Below, one piece after another: positions 17,623 through 27,440 of a stretch of 64,000 nt of DNA (its first letter is position 1; the number at the start of each line of letters is the position of its first letter). Source of the stretch: a virus; the IMG/VR virus record IMGVR_UViG_3300028800_000074, positions 1 through 64,000 of that record. One strand, given 5' to 3'. The position numbers and the translations under genes were made by a program. The notes under the pieces are model-generated. The model saw nothing but the letters and a program-made list of their open reading frames with translations, did not search any database and was not told the origin of the DNA.

Positions 17623-17652
17623 AGCCTCCACGATGTCAACGTGGGGGCTTTT
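17623..17652 (+). terminator. intrinsic terminator in late leader
   Basis: AGCCTCCACG-ATGTCAA-CGTGGGGGCT followed by T-run, between TTGACG (17506) and terS. Confidence 0.7.
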
Positions 17653-17695
17653 GTATGCGCTCATGTTTGATTGCTAAAGTAGCAATGGAATAGCA

Positions 17696-18040
17696 ATGGC
17701 GGGTAAGGGTTCAGCACCCGGAGAGAGACGCGGCGGACGCCAGAAGGGCACGCCGAACCTCTCGACGCGAGAGATGAAGGCGAAGGCCCAAGGCTACGCC
17801 GAAGCGACCCTCGAAGCGCTGTTCGCAATGGTCAACAAGGTGGATGAGCCTATCCCCGGTCGGGTGATGGCGGCGCGAGAGCTTCTTGATCGAGGGTTCG
17901 GCAAAGCTGCCCAGCCTCTGAAGGTCAGCCACGAGAGCGAGCGCTATGACTGGACGAAGATACCGATTGAGAAGGCGAGGCTAGTCGCCGACGCTCTTCG
18001 TCTCGCCCAGCGTGATGGTCTGGTGATCGAGCATGAGTAG
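17696..18040 (+). CDS. terS: terminase small subunit
   Basis: GERRGGRQKGTPN..AARELLDRGFGK; directly upstream of terL. Confidence 0.8.
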   Translation: MAGKGSAPGERRGGRQKGTPNLSTREMKAKAQGYAEATLEALFAMVNKVDEPIPGRVMAARELLDRGFGKAAQPLKVSHESERYDWTKIPIEKARLVADALRLAQRDGLVIEHE

Positions 18041-18049
18041 CGTCAGCTA

Positions 18050-19585
18050 ATGGCCCTCGCCGCTCCGGTCATGTCTGACGAGGCGGTTTACGACCTGCTC
18101 CGCCGCCACGCCCCCGCGTCCGTGGTTGGCTACCTAACCTCCACCGCTCGTGAGCAGGAGGAAGAGGGCAACGCAAGGCTCGCGGAACAGTTTCGTCGTC
18201 AATGTGCGACGATGATCGGTTTCACAGAGTATCGCTATGCGCGATACGTCACAGCGCCGCATCACAAGCTCGTCTCTGAACAGCTTGAGCGCGTCGAGCG
18301 TCGAGAGATCGACCGGCTCATCATCGAGATGCCTCCCCGACATGGGAAGTCGGAGCTGGCCTCGAAGAGCTACCCGTCATGGTGCTTGGGCCGCAACCCG
18401 ACGAAACAGATCATCTCCGCCTCGGCCGCGAACGATCTGGCGCAGGACTGGGGCAAGTGGGTCCGCAACATTGTCGCCAGTGACGAGTTCAGATTGGTCT
18501 ACCCCGGCGTCGAGCTTGCCGAGGACAGCCGGGCCGCAGGAAAGTGGCAGACAAAGCAGGGCGGCATCTATGTCGCCGCGTCGGTTGGCACCGCGATCTT
18601 GGGCCGTGGCGCAGACGAGTATCTAATCGACGACGCGTTCGGGAGCATGCAGGACGCCCGCAGCGAGACGATCCGAAACTCGGTGTGGGAGTGGTACAAC
18701 GGCACCGTCTACAATCGGCTCCAGCCGGGCGGAGCAATCATCATCATCGGCCACCGCATGCACGAGGACGATCTCGCCGGGCGGCTCATTGAGCGCATGA
18801 AGGCTGGAGACGGCGCGGATCAGTGGACGATCATCCGGCTCCCCGCCGTCGCGGAAGCGCCGACGAAGGAATATCCCGAGCCCGACCCTCTGGGCCGCAA
18901 GCCCGGCGAGGCGCTCTGGCCAGCCTCCTATCCGATCAAGGCGCTCGAACGCATCCGAGCGAACACGCAGCCGCCGCGCAACTGGTTCGCGCTCTATCAG
19001 CAGCGGCCGACGCCTGACGAGGGCGCGATGTTCATGCCGGACAAGATCACGATCCGGAAGAACTCGAACACGTCCGACGTGGTGGTCTGGGTCCGAGCGT
19101 GGGACTTGGCGGCGAGCGTGGATGGGGACTGGACGGTCGGCGTGCAGATGGGGCGCACCAGTAGCGGGAAGATCGTCATCGGGCACGTGCGACGCCTCAG
19201 GGGCCGCCCAGAGGCGGTTTCAGAGGCCATTGCAGCTCAGGCCCGGCTTGACACGATCAGGGTCAAGATTGCGCTTCCGATTGACCCCGGTCAGGCCGGG
19301 CTCGCGCAGAAGTCCGCCTTCGTCAAACTGCTCAACGGCTTCCGGGTCGACTTCAGCCCGGAGAGCGGCGACAAGGAGACGAGGGCCGAACCGTTCGCGG
19401 TGCAGGTCAACAACGATAACGTCGAGATGATGGAAGGCGACTGGAACGCCGCCTACGTCGAAGAGCTTCGCAGCTTTCCCGACGGGAAGTACAAGGATCA
19501 GGTCGACGCATCGAGCCGGGCACACATGGTGCTCATGGCGTCGGGCATGCCGATCAGGATCAACCCGGCGCTGCTGGAGCGCTGA
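18050..19585 (+). CDS. terL: terminase large subunit
   Basis: MPPRHGKS Walker A, LIDD Walker B, YQQRP, RAWDLA, FPDGKYKDQVDA nuclease. Confidence 0.97.
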   Translation: MALAAPVMSDEAVYDLLRRHAPASVVGYLTSTAREQEEEGNARLAEQFRRQCATMIGFTEYRYARYVTAPHHKLVSEQLERVERREIDRLIIEMPPRHGKSELASKSYPSWCLGRNPTKQIISASAANDLAQDWGKWVRNIVASDEFRLVYPGVELAEDSRAAGKWQTKQGGIYVAASVGTAILGRGADEYLIDDAFGSMQDARSETIRNSVWEWYNGTVYNRLQPGGAIIIIGHRMHEDDLAGRLIERMKAGDGADQWTIIRLPAVAEAPTKEYPEPDPLGRKPGEALWPASYPIKALERIRANTQPPRNWFALYQQRPTPDEGAMFMPDKITIRKNSNTSDVVVWVRAWDLAASVDGDWTVGVQMGRTSSGKIVIGHVRRLRGRPEAVSEAIAAQARLDTIRVKIALPIDPGQAGLAQKSAFVKLLNGFRVDFSPESGDKETRAEPFAVQVNNDNVEMMEGDWNAAYVEELRSFPDGKYKDQVDASSRAHMVLMASGMPIRINPALLER

Positions 19586-19648
19586 AACCCTCTTGCGGAC
19601 CGTTTTCAGTTGTGCTTCCGATGATCGCGGAAAGGGCGAATCATCATC

Positions 19649-19786
19649 ATGCTGGAGACGTGGCAGTTTTGGGCAGCCGTGGCCGTGGTCGTCGTGATCG
19701 TCGTCTACGTCGTTGCGGCTATACGAGCCCCGGATGACCCGGACGAGCCGAACCCGCATTACGACGACGAGTGGGACCGGTCATGA
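19649..19786 (+). CDS. small single-TM protein
   Basis: Read by hand: MLETWQFWAAVAVVVVIVVYVVAAIRAP plus acidic tail. Confidence 0.55.
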   Translation: MLETWQFWAAVAVVVVIVVYVVAAIRAPDDPDEPNPHYDDEWDRS

Positions 19787-20115
19787 CCGTATATCCACTG
19801 AAGGGCCAGAAGATCGTCTGCATCGACGATGATTGGGGCGAATTTAGCCTTCTGTACCCCGGGTGTCAGACGCCTAAGGTCGGGGACAGGTTCATCATCG
19901 AGGGTGTGACGAAGGGCATCCCGAGAAAGGCCCTCAAGAAGGTGGCCCACATCATGCTCGTCGGGGTACGCATCCCCGATTGCAAAAATCTGTGGTGGGC
20001 CAGCGACCAGTTCCGCCCTCTCGACCAGATCGACGAGTTGCAGGACCAGCTCGCGTCGATCCCGAAGACTAAGAACACCGAGAAGGCCCGCGTGCTAGAG
20101 TTCGCTCGGAGATGA
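19783..20115 (+). CDS. hypothetical phage protein
   Basis: GQKIVCIDDD...FRPL pattern; ATGA coupling. Confidence 0.7.
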   Translation: MTVYPLKGQKIVCIDDDWGEFSLLYPGCQTPKVGDRFIIEGVTKGIPRKALKKVAHIMLVGVRIPDCKNLWWASDQFRPLDQIDELQDQLASIPKTKNTEKARVLEFARR

Positions 20116-20312
20116 CCGACTGGCGTCACCGCCTCATCATCGAGGAAAGCACGCTCAACGAACGCATCGAGGCGCTTGAGGCCTTTCGCGGGACGAACGT
20201 CTACCGCGATCTGCCGGGCACCGACCAAGACCTGCTCACGATGCAGCTTCTGGCCATGCGCTCGTACATCTATGCGCTGCGGGCTCGCATGAAGAGGACG
20301 CCGCCGCTGTGA
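20112..20312 (+). CDS. crAss001_48-like small helical protein
   Basis: RL..E...L.ERI..L..F....DQ.LL..QL.AM..Y...L..R. Confidence 0.7.
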   Translation: MTDWRHRLIIEESTLNERIEALEAFRGTNVYRDLPGTDQDLLTMQLLAMRSYIYALRARMKRTPPL

Positions 20313-20388
20313 AGGGCCTATGGCGAGACAATGTTCGAAAGTGCGCCGCCCAACGTAAGCTTCCACCCGAGTTCCAGAGAGAGAGACG

Positions 20389-22530
20389 ATGAAGGCCAGT
20401 CAGCTTCTTGCCGCTGCGTCCCTCCTCCTCGCCATTGGCGCGGAGACGCCAGCCTTCTCATATCCAGCAGGCTACGGCCCTCCAGCTTTGCCGTCAGCCT
20501 CGTTGCCGATCAGGCCGGAGTGCCTTCAGCCGCCGACGAGCTTCACCAACGTCTGGCACTTCGACGCGGTGAACGGCAAGCCGCCGAACTACCTTCAGGT
20601 CGCGGGCGCTTACGGCCCGATCATCATGTCGCCGACGACTGTCCCTACCGGGCAGACCATGAAGGCCTATATCGCCACATGGAACGGCTCAGCTTGGACG
20701 CAGGTGCTGACCACGTTCACCGCTGGTCAGGTCATCCCGGTCAGCGGCAACGGCTCTCTGGCCGCGCCTTGGAACGACGTGTCGGCCGTCATGTGGGCGA
20801 GCGCGAACGCCAAGGCTGGATACAGGTGGCCGCTGCTCGCGACCGTCCCGAGCTACCAGTACGTGGTCGGCAAGGGCTATGTCTATGCCAACGGCGGCGT
20901 GAACGGCGGCGTCCAGCAGTCGGGCCCGATCCTGCCCGGGGACGAGATTTTACTCGCGACCGGGAACTATGGCGCGGTCAGCTTCAATCTTCCGACCATC
21001 GAGGTCGTCAACAGCGGCTTCGTGACGATGGCCGCCGAGCCGGGGCAATCGCCCGTGATCGCGTCGCTTGTCCTCGCCGACACCAACAAGTGGCATTTCG
21101 ACGGGATCAAGTTTCAGTCGATGGCGGGCGTCCTTGCCAGCGTGAACGACGGCGGCGGCGCGGCTGACCAGTTCGGCAACCCGCTGGTCACCAGCGACAT
21201 CATCTTCACTGCAACTGACTTCTCCAACGTCGACGACTTGGTCGCGAACGGGTGGACGCAGGTCCAGTGGCGCAGCGCAACGAGCGGCTTCCAGTCGCAG
21301 GGGAGCAACGACGGCGCGAATACGAGATGCGTCTCGGTCCTCGCCAGCCATGCCCACAATCTGCATGAGGGCATCACGATCAATTCGAACTACTCGGTCG
21401 CGTCCTATGACGAGATCAACCGGTTCACTGACAACGCCCTGAGCCACGATGGCTCGTATCAGATTTTCGACGTCAACTTCACGCATGACCCGGTCGACGT
21501 TGGGCTCGCGTACCACGTTGACGGCTCGCAGCAGGAGGGCTTCGCGCTTCTCCCCGGGCAGACGTGGATCACCTACACCGACATCGAGAAGAACAACGGC
21601 CTCTTCATCGATCATTACGATCCGACGAGCCCGTTCGCCACGATCTGCATGACGGGGATGGATGACTACTCCGGCGTCGGCTACGTCATCGTCAAAAATC
21701 TGCGCATCCAAAACAATGTTCATATCTCGTGCGGGACTGGTGAACTCTACGAGCTGAACATCCAAGACTCGATCATCTCGAACAACACGGTTGTCCCAAC
21801 GAACCCGGCGCAGAACCCCCTCCCGGGTATCTCGCTGACGCTGACGAACAATTCAAACAGCCGGGTTTGCAACAACATCGCGCCGAACATCGTCGTCGCC
21901 AACAATCAGCCCGGCGTCACGTTCGACAACAACGTCGCCGTTCAGTATGCGGCCTATATCCAGAACGCCGACGGCTCATGGCCCGCGAGCGCGAGCTTCC
22001 TTCAGGCCTATGGCTGGTGGGACACGACCGGCCACTACAGCGCGACGCAGACGGCCGCCGCCAACAACCAGACGATGTCGATTGCGTCGTTCATGGCGCT
22101 CTTCAATCAGGCTCCGACCGGCGTCCCTCCGACCTATGACGTCTCGCTCAAGCCGGGCGCAACGACCAACGGGTCGGCGAGCTGCGGTCCGCAGACGAAC
22201 ACGGCCGGGCAGCTTCGCGCCTACTGGGTGAACTACACTGCGGCCGAGACGGCGGCGATGGCGCAGGACGCGATCTCGGCTGGAGACCTTACTGCGGCCA
22301 ATGTGGCGACGCAGACGGCGAACGCGTCGGCCTCGACGGCGGCGACGGACGATCAGGCCACGGCTGCGGCCAAGGCGATCTCGGACGCTGCCGACGCTCA
22401 GGCGGCGACGGACGCTCAGACGGCGGCTCAGGCAGTCACCACGTCGAACGCGGCTCAGGCTCAGGCCGCCACGCTTGACAACGCGGCGGCTGCGGCCGGT
22501 GCCGCGCCTATGGCCCCCGGCGCATACTGA
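20389..22530 (+). CDS. signal-peptide right-handed beta-helix (pectin-lyase fold) protein
   Basis: N-terminal signal peptide ending PAFS; PGDEILLATGNYG cap; Asn-rich IQNN/ISNNT/VCNNI/FDNNV repeats; Ala-rich tail. Confidence 0.75.
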   Translation: MKASQLLAAASLLLAIGAETPAFSYPAGYGPPALPSASLPIRPECLQPPTSFTNVWHFDAVNGKPPNYLQVAGAYGPIIMSPTTVPTGQTMKAYIATWNGSAWTQVLTTFTAGQVIPVSGNGSLAAPWNDVSAVMWASANAKAGYRWPLLATVPSYQYVVGKGYVYANGGVNGGVQQSGPILPGDEILLATGNYGAVSFNLPTIEVVNSGFVTMAAEPGQSPVIASLVLADTNKWHFDGIKFQSMAGVLASVNDGGGAADQFGNPLVTSDIIFTATDFSNVDDLVANGWTQVQWRSATSGFQSQGSNDGANTRCVSVLASHAHNLHEGITINSNYSVASYDEINRFTDNALSHDGSYQIFDVNFTHDPVDVGLAYHVDGSQQEGFALLPGQTWITYTDIEKNNGLFIDHYDPTSPFATICMTGMDDYSGVGYVIVKNLRIQNNVHISCGTGELYELNIQDSIISNNTVVPTNPAQNPLPGISLTLTNNSNSRVCNNIAPNIVVANNQPGVTFDNNVAVQYAAYIQNADGSWPASASFLQAYGWWDTTGHYSATQTAAANNQTMSIASFMALFNQAPTGVPPTYDVSLKPGATTNGSASCGPQTNTAGQLRAYWVNYTAAETAAMAQDAISAGDLTAANVATQTANASASTAATDDQATAAAKAISDAADAQAATDAQTAAQAVTTSNAAQAQAATLDNAAAAAGAAPMAPGAY

Positions 22531-22541
22531 CCATCTGATCG

Positions 22542-25500
22542 ATGGCAGCGCGTAAGCGGCCGACCTCATCCCCCCGGGTGAGGCCCGGCATCCATATCTC
22601 GGCGGCCCTCCAGTCCCGTATCCTGCGGGCCAAGGACGGTCCGAGCTACGACCCGTTCAAGCCCTACGTTCACGATCAGGCGCTGCACCCGCCCGGCGTA
22701 ACGATGGCGATGGACGACGCCTACAACTCCTTCAGCCCGACGGCTGGGTGGTCGGTCCGCAGCCTCGGCAGCGCTATCGCCGAGGGGCAGGTCTTCCTCG
22801 GCTACCCGACCTTGGCCGCGTTGCTTCAACGCGTCGAGTACATGAACGCGGTCATGTCCTACGCCGACGACATGACGCGGAAGTGGATCGAGTTCAAGGC
22901 GAGCGCCGGGACCGACAAGCAAGAGCGCATCGACGCGATTACAGACAAGTGGGACGCGCTTCAGGTGCAGGCGCGGATGAAGGATCATATCGCGCAGGCT
23001 CTCGGCTTCGGACGGGCGCACGTCTATCTCGACACGGGCGACACCGATAATCCGGACGAGCTGAAGAAGGACATTGGCGACGGCGCTCGGTCTGCCGCCA
23101 CGGCGTTCAAACTCCCGGGCAAGAAGGTGCTCGGGCTCAGGACGATTGAGCCGGTCTGGGTCAGCCCGCACGACTACGAGACCTCGAACCCGCTCAAGCC
23201 GAACTGGTACAAGCCCAACGCTTGGCACGTCATGGCGCGCGAGGTTCATGCGAGCCGTCTTCTGACGACCATCCCGTTCCCGGTCTCCGACTTGCTCAAG
23301 CCCGCCTACTCGTTCGGCGGCATCCCGCTCATCCAGATGGGCAAGCCATACGTCGACAACTGGCTGAACGTCAGACAGTCGACGACCGACATCGCCGAGG
23401 CCTACTCGATCTTCGTGCTTGCGACGAAGTTGCAGGACACGATGGCTGGCGGCAACGGAGACCAAGAAGTCCTCAACCGCGTGGCGCTCTTCAATCGATA
23501 CCGCTCTAACAAGGGCACGATGGTCATCGACAAGGAGACCGAGGACTTCAAGAACATCTCGGCCAATGTGTCCGGCATCGAGGCGATCCAAGCCGCGTCG
23601 CAGGAGCATATGAGCGCCGCATGGCGCATCCCGCTGGTCAAGCTCACCGGCATCTCGCCGTCCGGGCTCAATGCATCGAGCGAGGGCGAGATCAGGGTCT
23701 ATTACGACCTGATCCGGAGCATGCAGGAAGGCCTCATCCGCCCCCTGCTCCAGATCGTCCTCGACTTCACGAGCATCGAGCTGTTCGGCGACGTCGATCC
23801 GGATATCACGTTCGACTTCGTCAAGCTCTTCGAGGTCACCGAGGTTGAGGCGGCCCAGATCAGGTCGGCCGATGCGCAGACCGGCACGGCGCTCATCCAG
23901 TCCGGCGTGATCTCGACCGAGGAAGAGCGGGCCCGCGTCTCCAACGACCCGGACAGCCCGTACATCGACCTCAAGGACACGCCGATCCCAGTCATGCCGG
24001 GCCCAGCCCCGGGTGAAGAGGGCTACGTCGGCGATCCGGATAACTGGCAGACCGCCCTCGAAGGGATCAACAAGCTCGGCGGCCTCCTGCCAGCGCCGGA
24101 GCCCGAGCAGCGCGCCTCACCCGGCGCATGGGAAGGGGTGCTCAAGGGCGTTCTCGCCAACGGTGGGCTTGAGAACCCGGACAACGACGGCATCGTGGCC
24201 TCCCCCGAGGCATGGAAGGCCGTGGGGGCGGGTTTGTCCGCTTCCGGGGGTCTCAGCACCCCAGACGGCTCCGAGGCCGTCCAGCAGCCTCTTGAGCCCG
24301 CCATAAGGCAGGTGTTCGGCAAGGACGCGCTCGAAGACGAGCCGCGCAAGGGTGCCGGGCAGGCTGGCGGTGGCGAATGGACGGCTCAGAGCGGCGGCGG
24401 CGCTCAGAAGTCCGCGCCCGGGAAAAATGGCATTATTGCCGGTAATAATCCGGCCAAGCGTCCCCACGTCGCGCACTATGATCCGAAGGCGACGCAGGTC
24501 GACGCACAGGGCGTGGTTCACACCACGTCGGTCGTCGACGCCGCCCGGGCGCTCTATGACGGCAAGAAGGTCGACCTCAATCAGCCGAGAGAGGTCGCAA
24601 CACTCGTCGACCATCTGGGCCAAGTCGCGAAGCATATGATCGCGATGGGCGATGCTGCGCCGAACTTCAACCTGTGCAACGTCAGCGTCGACAACACGAA
24701 CATCTTCTGTGCGGTGAGCGAGGGCATCCCTCGCATCGACATGCCGCAGCTCCCGCCGAACCTGCACCCGTTCTTGTCGTTCCTCGGCGAGAAGGGTCTC
24801 GGCTTCCAGCCCGCGATGGAAAAGGCTGGCTACCTCAGGGCGACGCAGAACGAGCTGATCGGCGCTAAGGTCGCGGCTATCGCCAAGGCGTTGCAGAACA
24901 TCGATCCGCGCAAGCTCGACCCGCTCGTGGTCAGCAAGGACAACTATATCGTCGACGGTCACCATCGCTGGTCGGCGGAAGTGGCGATCTCGGCTGAGCA
25001 AGGCAACTTCGACCGGCCGCTCGAAATCTATCGCGTCAACAGCGACATCTTGCCGCTGCTCAAGCTCGCCAACGACTTCACGGGCGGCAAGGGACATGTC
25101 GCCGGATCGCTCAAGCCGGGCGAGGCTGCGCTGAACCTGAAGACCGAGAACCATTTCCTTGATGGGGAGACCCACGCGCACGACGGCCGCCCTTTTGGCC
25201 TTGACGAGGCTCGACCGAATCAGGCCATGGATGACTTCAGCCCGTCAGAACCGCGCAAGGGCGTGGGACAGGCTGGTGCAGGGGAGTGGACGGCGGAGGG
25301 TGGGGCTGCGGCTCCTTTTGGCAAAGGCAAGCAATCCGAGCCTTCCGCCGCTTCTCTAAGCGACAAGATCGTCTCAACCCGGAACGTGACAGCCAAGTCC
25401 ACCAAGGGCGAGGCCGAGGGCAAGTACCTCCGCATCGACACCGATGCGATGAAGGCTGACCCTGAGCTGTTCAAGCACAACGTCGGCCTCTTCAAGCGCG

Positions 25501-26627
25501 GCGACCTCTACCCCGGTATGAAGCCCGACGAACTGAAGGGCTCCGAGCAAGAGGTCGCCAAGGCCGTCATCGAGCGCATGCGCGACAACCTCGACTTCCT
25601 CGTCGGGATGGTGCCGAAGGACAAGATCAAGGCGTGGGCGCACTGGTATGAGGGGGCGCACAAATTCGCAGAGGACTTCGGCAAGAAGTATGGCGTCGAC
25701 ACGGCGAGCGCGGCAGGCGTGATCGCGGCCCTCTCGCCGCAGAGGCCGTGGGACGAGAACGTCTACTTCGCGGATCGCGTGATGGACATCATGAAGAACC
25801 ATCCCCACGACAAGTGGGACGACGCGATGAAGTCGACCGGCGAGAGGATTTGGACGAGCGCCAAGAACGCGCCGATCCTGAAGGCCATCGAAGGCAAGCG
25901 CCTCGACGAACTTGACGACCCAGTCGCTCAGGCGGCGTGGATCAGGACGTGGAACGAGGCGCACGAAGACCGCAAGTTCGAGATCGCGAAGCCGGACGGC
26001 ACGTTCGGCGGCAAGATGAAGACGGCGGCCGGAGGCTATGACACCGCGTCATGGGGATCGCTTGCGCAGACCGTGAACGCGATCCACGCTTTCCAGAGCG
26101 GCGGCGACCCGAAGAAGCTCTCCGCAATCTTGGGTGAGAGACACAAGGTTCGCAGCTTCTACAACAACATCATCGCCCCTGATGATCCTAACGGCGACGT
26201 GACGGTCGATACGCATGCTGTTGGAGCGGCGTGGTTGCAGCCGACCTCGGGGACTTCCGCTTCGGTCTGGCACAACCTAGCTAACAATCCGGGCGCAGAG
26301 GGCAAGGACCCGTTCCGGCCGAAGAACTGGGTAGCAGCCAAGGGCTCGGCGAAGCTCGGCGTGAGAGGCACGTATCCGCTCTATGCCGACGCCTATCGAG
26401 AGGCGGCGAAGGATTTGGGGCTCAAGCCCCGCGAGGTTCAGTCGGTCGCGTGGGAGATGAAGCAGCGCCTGTTCAGCGACAAGCTGACCGGCGAGAGGGT
26501 TCAGAAGGCCGTCAACGAGGTCTGGGAAGACTACCGTGACGGCAAGCTCTCGCTGAAGGATGCGCGAGAGAAGGTAGTCTCGGTCGCGACGGCTATGCGC
26601 CCCGACCACAAGATCGACTTCAACTGA
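22542..26627 (+). CDS. DUF1073 portal protein fused to long cargo extension (ParB-like and DUF7178-like domains)
   Basis: FLGYPTLAAL, VHASRLL, IPLVKLTGISPSGLNASSEGEIRVYYD portal motifs in the first ~480 aa; later LRATQ..IVDGHHRW and WY..IAALSPQ..KVRSFYNNI..VTVDTHA..EVQSVAW. Confidence 0.9.
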   Translation: MAARKRPTSSPRVRPGIHISAALQSRILRAKDGPSYDPFKPYVHDQALHPPGVTMAMDDAYNSFSPTAGWSVRSLGSAIAEGQVFLGYPTLAALLQRVEYMNAVMSYADDMTRKWIEFKASAGTDKQERIDAITDKWDALQVQARMKDHIAQALGFGRAHVYLDTGDTDNPDELKKDIGDGARSAATAFKLPGKKVLGLRTIEPVWVSPHDYETSNPLKPNWYKPNAWHVMAREVHASRLLTTIPFPVSDLLKPAYSFGGIPLIQMGKPYVDNWLNVRQSTTDIAEAYSIFVLATKLQDTMAGGNGDQEVLNRVALFNRYRSNKGTMVIDKETEDFKNISANVSGIEAIQAASQEHMSAAWRIPLVKLTGISPSGLNASSEGEIRVYYDLIRSMQEGLIRPLLQIVLDFTSIELFGDVDPDITFDFVKLFEVTEVEAAQIRSADAQTGTALIQSGVISTEEERARVSNDPDSPYIDLKDTPIPVMPGPAPGEEGYVGDPDNWQTALEGINKLGGLLPAPEPEQRASPGAWEGVLKGVLANGGLENPDNDGIVASPEAWKAVGAGLSASGGLSTPDGSEAVQQPLEPAIRQVFGKDALEDEPRKGAGQAGGGEWTAQSGGGAQKSAPGKNGIIAGNNPAKRPHVAHYDPKATQVDAQGVVHTTSVVDAARALYDGKKVDLNQPREVATLVDHLGQVAKHMIAMGDAAPNFNLCNVSVDNTNIFCAVSEGIPRIDMPQLPPNLHPFLSFLGEKGLGFQPAMEKAGYLRATQNELIGAKVAAIAKALQNIDPRKLDPLVVSKDNYIVDGHHRWSAEVAISAEQGNFDRPLEIYRVNSDILPLLKLANDFTGGKGHVAGSLKPGEAALNLKTENHFLDGETHAHDGRPFGLDEARPNQAMDDFSPSEPRKGVGQAGAGEWTAEGGAAAPFGKGKQSEPSAASLSDKIVSTRNVTAKSTKGEAEGKYLRIDTDAMKADPELFKHNVGLFKRGDLYPGMKPDELKGSEQEVAKAVIERMRDNLDFLVGMVPKDKIKAWAHWYEGAHKFAEDFGKKYGVDTASAAGVIAALSPQRPWDENVYFADRVMDIMKNHPHDKWDDAMKSTGERIWTSAKNAPILKAIEGKRLDELDDPVAQAAWIRTWNEAHEDRKFEIAKPDGTFGGKMKTAAGGYDTASWGSLAQTVNAIHAFQSGGDPKKLSAILGERHKVRSFYNNIIAPDDPNGDVTVDTHAVGAAWLQPTSGTSASVWHNLANNPGAEGKDPFRPKNWVAAKGSAKLGVRGTYPLYADAYREAAKDLGLKPREVQSVAWEMKQRLFSDKLTGERVQKAVNEVWEDYRDGKLSLKDAREKVVSVATAMRPDHKIDFN

Positions 26628-26649
26628 ACCTCGGGAGTTTTCGTGCGAC

Positions 26650-27096
26650 ATGACCACAGAGGATGCGAAGGCGGGTCTTAATCTGGTGATGGCCTACGCC
26701 GGTAGGTGGGCGCTGGGCGTCATTGCCTCGGCGCTTGTCTCAATAGGGCTTTACGCCGTCCACCAGAACAACGACATCACGGGCCTCCTGTCGTCGCACA
26801 CGCAAAACTTCGTGAGCATGCAGCGCGAGATCGACGAGATTAAGGGCGACATCGCCAACCACAACAAGCAGATCGACGATACGCAGAGGCAGATCAAGTC
26901 GGACCTGAGCGAGGCGCAGAAAGAGTCGCAGACGCAACTGGAGCGTCGGCAGGACGAGATCATGAGCGCGGTGCATGACGTAACGCGCGCCGTAATCGCC
27001 GCGCACTCCGACCTGATGTCTCTTCGGGCTGGTCTTTTGAACGCGAAGCCGGGTATTGTCATCCCGTTCGAAGATTCGAGCCGGGCCGAGAAATGA
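26650..27096 (+). CDS. single-TM coiled-coil protein
   Basis: WALGVIASALVSIGLYAV TM segment then heptad-rich region; possible lysis accessory. Confidence 0.65.
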   Translation: MTTEDAKAGLNLVMAYAGRWALGVIASALVSIGLYAVHQNNDITGLLSSHTQNFVSMQREIDEIKGDIANHNKQIDDTQRQIKSDLSEAQKESQTQLERRQDEIMSAVHDVTRAVIAAHSDLMSLRAGLLNAKPGIVIPFEDSSRAEK

Positions 27097-27440
27097 GATC
27101 GCAACTGATCATCGTGTTCACGGTCGCCTCTCTGGGCCAATCGGCCTCAGCGCACGCTGGCGACTGGACCGCGCAGGTCGTCGAGCGAACGCAAGGCGGG
27201 CCAGCGGCGGTCTGTAACGGTGAGCAGAGGATCGTCGTCACGAAGAAGCGTGACGGCACCTTCGTCATCGACGGGCCGACCTGCCTTGTTCCAAGAGCGC
27301 CTGCAAATAGCTGGGCTCCTCCGCCTCCGAGGCCGCCGAGCAAGACGGTCCCTCGAAGGGTCTACCACGAGCGCTATGAGCGGCCTCACCACAAGGGTCG
27401 CGCAGGGCTGTTCGACTTCCTGTTCGGTAAGCACCAATGA
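27093..27440 (+). CDS. secreted Pro-rich hypothetical protein
   Basis: Signal peptide ending ASAHA; Cys pair. Confidence 0.6.
   Translation: MRSQLIIVFTVASLGQSASAHAGDWTAQVVERTQGGPAAVCNGEQRIVVTKKRDGTFVIDGPTCLVPRAPANSWAPPPPRPPSKTVPRRVYHERYERPHHKGRAGLFDFLFGKHQ

Noticed and set aside
22542-23970. Calling the DUF1073 protein 'anti-CBASS Acb1', as automated pipelines often do
   Set aside because: This part is the portal by motif and synteny; I saw no paired HxT/S 2H-phosphoesterase motifs in a dedicated domain
24400-26627. Intein or homing endonuclease explaining the long portal
   Set aside because: No C/S...HN splice junction, LAGLIDADG or HNH motifs recognised, and portal sequence does not resume after the extension
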